Assembly: GCA_023920165.1 (NCBI GenBank)
Contig: CP089275.1
Span: 2,604,001-2,668,000 of the forward strand
Reading direction: 5' to 3'
Length of the DNA: 64,000 nt
From: Curvularia clavata
Lineage: Eukaryota
This document shows, in pieces, positions 25,601 to 36,978 of the stretch. The notes beneath the pieces were generated by a model. That model was not told the origin of the DNA. It did no database searches and saw nothing but the letters and a program-made list of their open reading frames with translations. Position 1 is the stretch's first letter. The number at the start of each line of letters is the position of its first letter. The translations under genes and the position numbers were made by a program.

Positions 25601-26960
25601 ATGGCTGAACAAGAACCCCCGCCACAATTCGAGGCCCACGAAGGCCCGCCGCCGCCGGGCTCCATCGCCATTCCCATACCCCTCGGGCCCAACGGTGAAA
25701 GGCCCACGCCCGAGCAGATCCAGCAAATCCAGATGCAACTTGCAGCAGAGGCACAAAGGCATGGAATCTCGATCCAGGAATACGTCCAGAGGCTGCGCCA
25801 GCAGGCCATGGCCCAGCAGCAGGCGCAAATGCAGATGCAAGCCCAGATGGAGGCCCAGCAGCGCGCGCAGCAACAGCAACAGCAGCCCATCCAGCCCGGC
25901 CCACCCAAACCAGAGGCGCTTGCCGTTGCCAATTGGCTCAAGTCGCAGGACCTCAAGCCCAGGACCGTCGTGCACGACGAGAAGCGCAAGGACATGTTCA
26001 GAGGTAGGATGCACACAAGATGCCGTCGCCATGGGTGCCACCACCACCAGGTTGCTAACACTGCACAGTCAAGCGAGCGATCCGCGCCCTGCAGTCACCC
26101 GCATACCAGAAAGCACGGGCTAAGAACCCCCTGCTCCCAGAGGTTCACGACCGTGTGACGGCAGAGAACTGCTTCAAGCTGCTACCTCTGTCTCTACTAG
26201 CCCTCCGCGTGTCCAAGGTCGAGGAGGATGCCCACGAGGGCCACAACCACGCCAAGCCCAAGCGCATCAAAGGCCTATGGACCGTCAAGATTGAGCAGCA
26301 CCAAGATGCAAACGACGACAGCTACTACATTTGGTTGTACGAGGGCTCGCAGTGGAAGCAGAAGCTGTATGCTGTCGGCGCGCTCGTTGCCGTGATTGCC
26401 ATTGTGCTCTTCCCACTTTGGCCGCTGATGCTGCGACAAGGTGTGTGGTATCTGAGTATGGGCATGCTTGGCCTCATTGGATTGTTCTTTGCCATGGCGA
26501 TTGTTCGGCTCATTCTCTTCATCATCACCATGTTCATCACGCCACCGGGTCTCTGGCTGTATCCGAATCTGTTTGAGGACGTTGGTTTCTTCGACTCGTT
26601 CCGTCCCGTGTGGGCATGGCAAGAGGTATGTGTTTTTTTTTTAAATTGACATTGGCTCGTCCCACGGAAGAATCTAACAATGAATAGACTCCCGAAGACA
26701 TCAAGGCGAAGAAGGCGGCGAAGAAGGAGAGGAAGGCAGCAAAACTGGCAGCAAAAGCGGCTGGTGTAAAGGGCAAGAAAGGTACTCATGATGCGTCGAG
26801 GTCAGCAACTCCAGTGCCCCCCACCGCTGCCCATCCTCCTCCTCCTCCCGCCGCTGCACCTGTCGACACTGCGCCGCAGCCAACAGGCTCTGAAGCCACA
26901 GCCGGCGGTGCTACACAGCGACCACCACGGGCGACAGTCGAGGAGGTTGAAGAAGAGTAG
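25601..26960 (+). CDS. SEC62: ER translocation protein Sec62
   Basis: Q-rich N-terminus, QPGPPKPEALAVANWL..RKDMFRVKRAIRAL, YYIWLYEG, two TM helices (VLFPLWP...) and PPGLWLYPNLFEDVGFFDSFRPVW. Introns ~26003-26068 and ~26626-26688; TAG at 26958-26960. Confidence 0.95.
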
Positions 26961-28345
26961 GCCATGTCTTTATGAGTGTGCGAGAAGTGGGGGAAAAAGG
27001 AAGATGAGGGTTTGGAGTCTGGCATTATGCATGGGTTAGCTGGAGCACAAGGCGTTCAGGTCTCGAGATGGGTGCGACTACATACTAACCCAAGAGTATA
27101 TGTAGGGTACTCTGGTAGAAGCGTATGATTATTTACCGGCTCCTCCTTTGTTCTACTGTACTGTATCTTTTTTCCTTGATCTATCTTCAATTTTGTTCTC
27201 TCAATTGGTCTATTTTGACTCCGTAGTCAGAAGCCCCCATGTACAAGAAGCGCTTGTCATTCACCTTTTAGTACTGACGTGGTTGTAGCGCAGCCAGTTT
27301 ATTTTACATCAAACGCCTCTTTTTTTTTCTTTCTTCTTGTCAATTCTTGTCGTTTTGCTTCGTCTTACCATTATTCTTTTTTTCTTCCTTGCCTGTTAGT
27401 AGTGGTGGTCCGTGTGGTGGTGCGGCCGCTACTAATTACATCGACATAGGCCAGGGGTGCGTGGGTATCTGCATCTACTCGTCATTGCGTTTCGCCGTCT
27501 ACACGACATTTCTTGCGTCGATGGCCTCCATCACTCGTAGTGACATGCATGTGTGGCTGTAATTTGGATTGGTGGTTTCTCATTTGCTTGTGTGAAGTAG
27601 GTTTTTCACAAATGCATGATTACGAGCTAAGCTTGATACTAGTAAAACCCAGAATTCTGGCACGATTAAATTACTACGATCAGGCAAGCATGTTGGAAAT
27701 GTCGTCAATCGGTCGAGTGGCGTGATAAGCGAAGTAACGCTTACACGGCCGGGCCACGGTGGAAGAATGAAAGCAAGGGCCAGGGTATGATGTTTCGGTT
27801 CATTGGTGGTGACCAGTGTGGGTGTTTGTGCACGTGGTGGTCAGTGTTGGTGTTGAAACAAAACGAAACAACAGACCAGGGCCAGAACACAGTCAAAGGA
27901 CGCAGCAATGTCACTGCGCACAACGATGTGTAGAACTTTGTGAGATTGTGTTTGCAGACACATACAAGACAAATGGCCATTCTCATTGATTAAAGGAAAA
28001 AGAAAAGGAGACGGAGTTGCACTCAGCTGCAATTCCAGTTGATTGGCTCTCGCTAGTGTCGTAGAGGAGGTGTACTCCCGTGCGGTGCAGGAATAACCAA
28101 TTGACTTTGGAGTGCATATTTGCTTGTCTAAGCATGAAATTAATTGTAGATTAATATTATACGTGAGTCGCAAAGTGTTGTCAGGACCCATGAACACCAA
28201 AACACCAAAGGGGAGAGGTCATTTTCCTAGAGTATCCTGACGCCGTTACCATGCATCGCTGTGTTGCCCTATTCATTAGAAGGGAAAGCCAAAACTGATG
28301 CATGTCAAAAAGGAGAAGAAGAAAGAGAAGCAGAAAAAAGCATGC

Positions 28346-29331
28346 CTAGTCTGCCGAGGTAGACGGCTGGGTGTCTTGGCTGACCTCGTCATTGCCTTGT
28401 CGACTTGACGTAGAGGCAAGGCCGGAGTGGATGGGAGGCGAATGGGTAATGTGGCTAGTTGGGTTTTGCTCTGCTAGCTGGCGTTCTGTAGACATGATGT
28501 TAGTAACATGACTGAGAACTGAGCGCTTGGGGACGTACCCAGTTCCCGTATCCTCTGCTTCAGCATCTGGTTCTCCCGCGTCAAGTTCTGTGTCTCGGCC
28601 ATGTAGAAAGCACTCTCGTCGCGGGCAGCGGCGGGGCTGGGAAGCATGTCGTGGGGGTCAAAGGATCCAGCCTGGCCAGACATGGGGCGCAAAGCGGGAG
28701 AGCCGGCATGGCTGCTGTGACGCGAGCGGTCTGCAAAGGAAGACTGACGGCTGATGGTGCCCAGGCCAAAGGGCGAGCGAGAGCGGGGCTGGGCGGCCGA
28801 GGGCAAGGGCGACATATGCTGCGAGTGCGTGTGCGAGGCGGGAATCGACATGGAGCGCTCCGAGGTTGGGGTGCCATCGTCGACGGCCGAGGCCGAGGAC
28901 GGGTGCTGGTTGGCCTGGAGGCTGTTGATCTGGGCCTGCTGGGCGCGGATCATATTGAGCAGGCGGTTGACCTGGCCCTCCTGCTCGGCCTCGAGCTCCT
29001 GGTGCAGCTCGCCCAGACTAGGGGCGCGCTCGTGGTGAGGGCTGTGAGGCCAGGTGCCTCTGGGGCGGGCGGAAGGGCTCTGCTGCATCTCGCCGGGAGC
29101 GGGGACGGCGGGGTCGTTGAGGTTGAGGTTCATGCGGATGCTGGAGCGGCGGCGGGCGCGCTCGACGTCTCTACGCATGTCGCCAGATGTCGAGCGCGTG
29201 TCCTGGTTGTGCATGCCGGCGTTGAGAGCCGCCGTGGCCGCGAGCGAGTGGGGGGAGCGGGAGCTGGAGGGCGACTGGTTGCGGGGCGGCGACGAGGCTT
29301 GTGGCGGCGAGATGGTGTTTACGTCGGGCAT
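28346..29331 (-). CDS. Ser/Pro-rich fungal protein with short coiled coils, function unknown
   Basis: RAPSLGELHQELEAEQEGQVNRLL and RDESAFYMAETQNLTRENQMLKQRIRELERQL. An intron at ~28487-28539 restores ELERQ; strong coding codon bias. Confidence 0.8.
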
Positions 29332-30012
29332 GGCGTTGGCGTTGGCGATGGCAATGGTAGGGAGAGGAGAGGAGAGGAGAGCGATGCAGGCACCGAGGTG
29401 AAGCTGGCTGGTCAGATGGAGGGCTGGCGAGAAGGCGTGATGTTGTCGCTGGTGCTGACTTGGTGGGGTGACGACGTCGGCGGGGAAGGCGCGCTACTGC
29501 AGGAACGCCAACACCATCCACGCATCCGCATCCGCCCGTAGACGGTATTCCAGTCTCGCCTCCTCATGTCCTCATGGTCATGGCCATTGTCAACATGATA
29601 CCATGTCACCGCCACGGCCGCCGCCACAACCAGCGCCGCTGTCTCCATGTCTACGGCCACGGTCGGCATGCACTCGCCCCGCAATAAGATTTGCATACAC
29701 GCCTTGTGTGTCCATCGCACCCCGGCGCACTTGGCCAAACTCTATGCACCTCGCTGCCTGCGGCACACACTGAGACGCCAGCCAAAACGTTGTGCCCACG
29801 CCGCCCGTCGCTGCGCGCTGTCCGCCGTCTCGACGACTCGCCGGCTGCTGCTGACGTGCCCGCTGCGTGCTTTTGCTGCCGCACCCTGACCGTGTTTGCG
29901 ACGGACGGGGCCCAAAAGAAAGCCCCAAGCAAACCAAACCGACGCAGCGACGCGCAATATCTCCCGGGCGTGGGCGTTGGCGTCGGCTCTGCGGCGGCAC
30001 TGCCGGGCCCCG

Positions 30013-30058
30013 CGCTGCTGCTGGTGCTGCTGGTGCTGGTGCTGCTACCGCTGCTGCA
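30013..30058. repeat. Imperfect (GCT/GGT)n trinucleotide repeat
   Basis: gctgctgctggtgctgctggtgctggtgctgctaccgctgctgc in a divergent intergenic region. Confidence 0.7.
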
Positions 30059-30812
30059 TCGTCATGTCGTGCACGCTTGCACGCCTCGAGTTTCGCTAGC
30101 TCCACGTCTTGTACGCATCAAGCCCGTCGTCGCCGGCCCCCTCGCAGCCGCACGCCACACTCACTAGGCGTCTCTGCCTGCCCACAAACACCATGCTCCC
30201 CTTTCCCCATCGGCTTGGACGCTTCAACCGCGCGCACTGTCAAAAGACGTTGTGCCGGCCCTGTCCCGGCTCGTCCTCTCGTGCCATGCGCCAAAATAGC
30301 CTTGGGGCTCGATGCTAGCGTGCGCCGCCGCCATCTCATCCCTCCCAACCTACAGGGGCCGCCATCCACCCCCTGCGCCCTCGCATCACCCAGGGCACGC
30401 CTTCTGCGAACGCCTCCCCTGGCACGCTACCATGATTAGGGATCCTTCATCTGCGGCAACTAACGCCTGCCACCACCACTTTTCCTCTCCACCCCTCTCG
30501 TCACCCGAGTCGAGTCGTTTCACTTTGGTCAGCCCTTTGTGTGCTGCCCACATATCTGCGGCCTCTGCGCCTTTTGCTCCATGGGCTCAACGTCCTGTCC
30601 GCTCGTTTGATCTTCGCCTCTCCTTGTGCTATAACACCACGACCTATATCCCGCTCCTTGTCCCCTTCCCGCTGACGCCCCCCACACATGCCTCCATCCC
30701 GCATTGGGCTCTTCACTGTCCTCGATATTCCCATTCCCATTGCCACACGGGCCCTACTTGAATAACAACCACTCCGCCGTCCCGGTGCAACCACAACGAC
30801 ACACCCACCACC

Positions 30813-33563
30813 ATGGCTGACGTGTCGGGACGCTCCAATGCGTCCTTGTCTAACCCCGTTTCTAGATGGCGTCTCACACGTTCGACGGCAAACCTGCAAG
30901 AAGCAGCACGCTCGTCTTCGGTGGCATCAAAGGCATCCAACCAGGCCCCAGCGCCAAAACTCGAGCGTTCGTCGTCCAAAATGTCCTTGTTCAACCTCTT
31001 CAGTAAGCCCAAAGTGGAAAAAGCCAGAGGACATACTGAAGTCGGCCTCGCTATACCAATGCGGCCACAGACTCCGCCAAAACCCACAGCTCCCGATTCC
31101 ACACCCAAGTCCTCACTGCGACACAATCCCTCGCCGCCCGCTCAGCAAACGATACGCGCCCGAGCGAGCCAAAGATTCCGGCCCATGTCTATGCGTCCGA
31201 CGCTATCACGCAACGATTTTGGCGACTGGGAGCCACCGCCGCTCTTCCAGGCTTTCCACCAGTCGGTCAAGCATGGCGCAGTGCAGGCATGTGTCTTCGC
31301 TCCAGAAGTGTTGATGAGGACTCAGAGTCAACGACGGCAGGCCGAGTCTCTGCGCGAGAGAATCGACACTCAGCGCGAGCTATCGACAATCACGGAAAAC
31401 AGCCCAGAGACCAGAAAGCTGGAAAAGACGCACAAGCGACTCATGTCCAACTCAGTCCTCAACCCGCCAACACCAGAGCTCGTCAACAAGATATACATCC
31501 TGGTCACTGCGGGTTACATACTCCAGTACGCCGGCCATGGTACTTTTGACCGCATGCCAGAAAAAGTGCTCAAACTGGGCAAGGAGTCGGCCGCCTTTGC
31601 TTGTGATCTTATCCCAGGAAAGCATTGGGTGCTTCAGATTTCAAGCCATGCCAGTGGTGATGGTGCACTAGACGTCAGCCCGAGAAACTCGCTACTGACA
31701 CGCCTGCGGTCGCAGAACCTCATCGCACGTAAACTAGCAACAAGCATGCTCCTGGTTCTTGAAAGCGCAGAAGAAATGGATGAATGGATGACGAGTGTGC
31801 GAAAGGAGATTGACCATCTCGGCGGCACAAGAGTCGGCGACGACTTTACTCGAACTTCGTCCTCTACCGACGGCGGCTCAATAGGCAAAAGCTCGGTGGA
31901 AATGTCAAGTCACCGGTTCAGGGTCAGTCGGGACGCGCACAACATGGGCAAGATTCACCCAATCGAGCCACGGCTCTCGGCATCACCGCAGATCATCACC
32001 TCAGACTGGGAGACAAATCCCGAGCAGACCAAACGCAGCATCGACTCCTCGAGCGGATATTCCGTCCGACAAAGCAGCCGTCTCTCAGTTGAGATGTCAT
32101 CAGTCACCTCGACGCCAGTCTCCCAGCACCAGATGCAACTGGACCAGCTGCGTGGCCGCTCGCGATACTCGTTCATGTCCTCCGCAACTTCTGTGTCAGG
32201 TGCCGGGACTCGTAATACCTCGCGTGAATCCTCGCCAGCACCGCAATCGCCTCTGATGGAAGAGTTTGGAATGAGTGGCGACAACGAGCCTCTTCGAAGT
32301 GCCATGTCACTACGATCGTTTCAAATGAACCCGAGCAATACCATGTCATCCCGGCGCAGATCGATGCAACCACTGCCCACAACGAATGAGAATCTCCTTC
32401 AGTCTGCTGAGATGCCGCCCAAGAGCAAGCGTCATTCTCTCTACAATGCTGCATCACCCACGGCCCCAGTATTTGAGAGACAGTCGGCTGCTGGCCCATC
32501 TGTGTCGATGAAACATGTGCCAATTTCAGGTAAACCCGAAGCTGACGCAATCGGTTTGGCATGCTCGTCGCCTCCACAGGTCAAGACCGATATCCCCGAC
32601 CAGCCCGATCAAGTCGACAGCATTCCAAATCGTGAGGACAGCCCAGTGAGATTCAATGGCCCCGTGTACAGCTCGCCACCTCGGGGTGACATTGTCTCAT
32701 CTCCTCCGAAGGAGCCTGTACCTATCCCTCCGCCTGCTGCTCGACGTCAATCAGTCACGAGCTCTACGCCTATAGGCATCTCAAACCTAGCCCCTTATCT
32801 TGCTTCCACTAGCAAAGAAAGCGGTACTAGGCGTCGAACCTCAGGATCACCAAAGCCGTTTCTGCGACCTATTCCTGTCCGCCCTCAGGCCCAACACATC
32901 GACTCATCAAGACTGTCCCGGCGTCAGTCTGCCCAGACACCGTCCGCTCCATCCTCTACTCTTCCTTTGAACGCGAATCGATCGGTGACTGCGCCGGCAA
33001 GGTCGCCCTCGGCAACACCCACTATGACACCGACCACGAGTCCACATGGCTTCAATCCGATGCAGCCGAATACACTACGACGGCCGTCCTCAGTGCAAGT
33101 CTATTCCGACAAGGCACCTTTCTTGTCATCCCGTCCAGTGCGCCTCATCTCGTCCACGCCATCATTTGTTCCTGGCCGAAGAATGTCCAGCGCTCCAACG
33201 CCTCCATCGACTGGCCTTCAAAAAATGGCTAGTGTCGAGGCTTTGAGGCAACGGACGCTGGCGCAGCAGAGCGAACAAAAAACTGTTACACCAAGACGCA
33301 GTCTAGGTTCCATCAGACTCCCACCACCTGCGCCTCCACCAAACATGCCTCTTCCCCCGCCTCCTCCTCGCAATGTCCCGTCGCCTACTCCACCGCCCAA
33401 CATGCCGCTTCCCACACCGCCACCAATTGCAGGCCTTCGAGCGCCACCACTCGACATGCCACTTTCTCCACCGCTATCGCACATGGGTCTCCCGGCACCA
33501 CCACCCACCATGCCACTACCTCCCACGCCGCCTGAGGCTGCATCCAGGGCCGCTGTTATTTGA
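30813..33563 (+). CDS. PH-domain protein with a disordered Ser/Pro-rich body and polyproline tail
   Basis: 916-aa intronless ORF. PH-like core KIYILVTAGYILQYAGHG..RMPEKVLKLG..AFACDLIPGKHWVLQI..LLVLESAEEMDEWMTSVRKEI. Confidence 0.85.
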   Translation: MADVSGRSNASLSNPVSRWRLTRSTANLQEAARSSSVASKASNQAPAPKLERSSSKMSLFNLFSKPKVEKARGHTEVGLAIPMRPQTPPKPTAPDSTPKSSLRHNPSPPAQQTIRARASQRFRPMSMRPTLSRNDFGDWEPPPLFQAFHQSVKHGAVQACVFAPEVLMRTQSQRRQAESLRERIDTQRELSTITENSPETRKLEKTHKRLMSNSVLNPPTPELVNKIYILVTAGYILQYAGHGTFDRMPEKVLKLGKESAAFACDLIPGKHWVLQISSHASGDGALDVSPRNSLLTRLRSQNLIARKLATSMLLVLESAEEMDEWMTSVRKEIDHLGGTRVGDDFTRTSSSTDGGSIGKSSVEMSSHRFRVSRDAHNMGKIHPIEPRLSASPQIITSDWETNPEQTKRSIDSSSGYSVRQSSRLSVEMSSVTSTPVSQHQMQLDQLRGRSRYSFMSSATSVSGAGTRNTSRESSPAPQSPLMEEFGMSGDNEPLRSAMSLRSFQMNPSNTMSSRRRSMQPLPTTNENLLQSAEMPPKSKRHSLYNAASPTAPVFERQSAAGPSVSMKHVPISGKPEADAIGLACSSPPQVKTDIPDQPDQVDSIPNREDSPVRFNGPVYSSPPRGDIVSSPPKEPVPIPPPAARRQSVTSSTPIGISNLAPYLASTSKESGTRRRTSGSPKPFLRPIPVRPQAQHIDSSRLSRRQSAQTPSAPSSTLPLNANRSVTAPARSPSATPTMTPTTSPHGFNPMQPNTLRRPSSVQVYSDKAPFLSSRPVRLISSTPSFVPGRRMSSAPTPPSTGLQKMASVEALRQRTLAQQSEQKTVTPRRSLGSIRLPPPAPPPNMPLPPPPPRNVPSPTPPPNMPLPTPPPIAGLRAPPLDMPLSPPLSHMGLPAPPPTMPLPPTPPEAASRAAVI

Positions 33564-34569
33564 GGACTCCAAAAGGCGTGTTCTACCAATGTTGTAAATA
33601 CCATGGAGCTGGCGTTTTCGGGAAAGTCCCTGGTTTTTTACTCGTCGAATTTCCACAATCACTGCTTTTCTCGTCACAATGGTTACGCTGCTACGTCTCT
33701 GTTTTCCTCGTCGCCTATTCCCTCGCGGGCTTTTACATTGGCGGTAAGCTGTTCTATCTTTTTTTTCCTGCGCTATACCAGTTTGCTTTGTCTCTCTGTT
33801 TCCGCCTGTCTATCTCTCCTTTAGCCTCTTACTTTACTTCGCTTTGTCCGCTTCGTGTATCTTCTTACTGGACTGTTGCTTTCCTTTTATCAGCACCGTC
33901 TCGCTTTCTACATACAACGCACGTTTTGATGGAATGTTTCTCGACCCTGGTATCAGACCTCATTTTTCGTACCGCTTCTCATTGGTTCAGCATCTGCAAA
34001 GGACTTTTCTCTAGTTGTATCTATTACGTTGGTTGCCTTAGCCGGCCTGGTCATGACTGCCCAGCTCTTGGTTAGTTTTATTTGGGTGACAAGGGCCGTC
34101 TGGGGATAAAAAAGCTTGATGAGTTATTAGATATTAGACTAGGTTGGCCACATTCCTTCGTGTTTGTGCGCTGGGCAAAGCCGCTTTCATGCGCGCAGGA
34201 GTTGATGAATTTAACACTCTTCGCATTCTCCTTACATGATGTCGCTCGAATCAATTTATGTCATGTATGCTTTCAACATATCTAGTTGGGACTCGCCATA
34301 TATGCATGCCCAAAGACCGATATCAGGCTTCGGTGAAGTCGAAGATGAGTGCGTCCGCCGGTAACAAGTTTTGTCAATCAGCACCGAGGTGTTTGGACAT
34401 ATTGATTACCATACAGCGAGGATGCTAGGGTATGTCCAGGGGCCCGATCTCTGTTATACTCGCGCTAGGGACGCCTAGCGCGATCGCAGTATCATCCATC
34501 TCTTTCCACTTACCAGTTTGATTGTTTGTTGGTGCCATTATCATTCCCCTCTCTTGCTCAAGACGCACC

Positions 34570-36557
34570 ATGGCTCCACTCAAGAAAGCTACAGCGGCAG
34601 GCAATTCTGGCAAAGCCGGTAAGTCTGCCAAAGCCGCCATCACAGCTCCTCTGGCTCCTCCAGCCGTTGCGCTACCCCCATCACGTCCCCACAGCACGTC
34701 ATATCACTATCCGCTTCTTCTGCACAGTCGGACGGCATGCGACGCGTTGTTAAGCTGGTTCAATGGCGTCGCGGAGACGCGTAATATGCCGTGGAGAAAA
34801 ACATGGGTCGACCCAGCAGACTTTCAAGGCAGAGAGGCAGAGCTCAAGAATGTCTTGGCAAAGAGAGCGTATGAGGTGTGGGTATCTGAAGTTAGTAAGT
34901 AGGCTCTCTGAATGTTACTCGCGCGAAACACGAAACGCGAGGTCACGTGCGCACCTGGGCATTCACCATGGCGAAGCGGTGGGTTGGGTCCATACTGACA
35001 GAGAGAAAGTGCTACAACAGACACGTGTGTCGACAGTAATACCCTACTTCAACAACTGGATAGCCAAATGGCCTACAGTAGAAGAACTTGCTGCCGCAAA
35101 TCACGATGAAGTGCTCTCTGTTTGGAAAGGCCTTGGATACTACTCTCGTGCGACCCGTCTTCACGAGGGCGCGAAGCAGTTGACGGCTAAACCTAGTGCT
35201 TCAGGCATGATTCCCAGTGGGGCGGCTGAGCTCCAAGAGGTCCCAGGCATCGGTAGATATACCGCAGGCGCAATATCCAGTATCGCATTCGGTGAACCTG
35301 AGCCTGTGCTTGATGGAAACGTGGCGCGAGTACTCAGCCGACAGCTTGGCTTGTACATGGATGCAAAGGACAAGAAAACCACAGATGTGCTCTGGGACAT
35401 GGCGGATCAACTGATCAAGTTTGCGTCCGATCACCCAGAACAAAAGAAGAGCGCAGTGCCTGGGCTATGGAACCAAGCACTCATGGAACTCGGGTCTACC
35501 GTCTGTACTCCACGGCCACGGTGCGACGAATGCCCTATACAATCTACATGTAGAGTGTACAGTGAAGGCAAGGCTCTATCTGAGAAGCGCCAGGCACCCA
35601 CGGCCATACCCGATATCGAAGATGCATGTTCGCTGTGTGCTCCGTTGGACACGGAAGATTTGGTTATGATTGAGGACGCAGCAACTGACGAACCACCGAG
35701 AGCGACCAAAAAGAGAAAGGCTGCCACCAAACAGACCAACACCATTTCAAATTACTTTGGCGTTAGCACACCGAAGCCCAGTGCTGACGCCGAGACTGAC
35801 CAAGAGAGTGCTGACGACCCGTCAGCGGAGGACTCGAAGAAGCGGAAACTGCCTCCACCAGCTGCAGACCTCAAGCCAGTGTTGAGCTACTGCTCGCTAT
35901 TCCCGATGAAAGTCGCGAAGAAAAAGGCCGCCGAGGAAGAGTGTGTTGTCTGTATGATTGAAGTTTGCTTCTCGGACGGGAGCACCAAGTGGCTGATCGA
36001 GCAGAGGCCTAACAAAGGTTTGTTATCCTACTGCACGAGATGTTGCCCTACTAACAGGTTCCCTTAGGCCTTCTAGCATCCTTGTGGTAAGTAAAAACTA
36101 TGGGCGGCGGAAAGTCGCTCCTAATGCTTCCCGTTACGCCAACCGGGATGTTCATCCCGATAGGCATTTATTCGGCTCTTGTCTGTTTTTTGAAACAGGG
36201 CTTTGCTAACTGTGGCACAGGCAGTTTCCGCAGAGCACTTTGGCGGCCTCGCAAAAGACGCCTCAGCAACGCAAGGCACTAGCAGAACAATACATTGCTA
36301 GCCTTGATGCCGGCGACGTCGATATGAGTCAAGCGTATTATGTGGCTTCTTTGCCGCCATTGGTCCATGTTTTTACCCATTTGAAGCTTACCATGCACGC
36401 CTATCAGTTCAGGATTGATGCTGGTAGCTCCGCGAGTTTTAAGCCGACCTGCAAGGGCCCGCCTGCTCGTAAGTGGGTAGACGGCGCGTCCATGGGCGAC
36501 GAGACATTGTCAACTGGAATGCGCCGATGCTGGGAACTCCTTTCGAAGCAGCAATGA
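34570..36557 (+). CDS. MYH1: A/G-specific adenine DNA glycosylase (MutY/Myh1)
   Basis: RNMPWR, YEVWVSEV|MLQQT, WKGLGYYSRA, HhH PGIGRYTAGAI, DGNVARV, the 4Fe-4S motif CTPRPRCDECPIQSTC, GLLASLWQFP and HVFTH. Introns 34895-35009, 36018-36067 and 36087-36220, with a 19-nt exon at 36068-36086. Confidence 0.95.
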
Positions 36558-36978
36558 CGCGCTCAATAAGGACACTCCATGGAAGTTCCGGATAAGTCCT
36601 GCATACCCCACGCGTCGTTATCTTTTGCCAAGTCTTGTTTTGTATGGGTTCCCGCTCTCCGCCCTCTTGGCTGTCTCCACTTCCACTGAAGCAGTGGAAC
36701 GATAACGAATGTTACTGCCTGTACTGTGCCACTCACGGAGGTTCTCTTTTATTCTGTATTAGCTCCTTTGATTCATTCCTATCTGTACCCTTGCGATGCT
36801 CAGCACATCACTGTATTTGGCCACATTATCGAGTGCTTGTACAATCACGTCTTAGACATGGGATGGCGTTGCTAGATTTAAACACCATGCTACCCAGGAC
36901 TTTGGGCTTTTGGCCTGTTTTCAGTACAGATTGTTTGCACGAGCCATTTGGCTACTGCACCAACGTTTTTTGGTAGAG

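Noticed and set aside
27791..27860. Long G/U-rich hairpin between convergent 3' ends
   Set aside because: Pairing relies largely on G-U wobble in low-complexity sequence.
29400..30800. Overlapping ORFs between the coiled-coil and PH genes
   Set aside because: GC-rich, low-complexity intergenic/UTR sequence; the translations are not protein-like.
34908..34945. Hammerhead-like fragments (CTGA...GAAAC...GTC) in MutY intron 1
   Set aside because: The core requires CTGANGA directly before stem II; here it is CTGAATG and stems I and II cannot be built.
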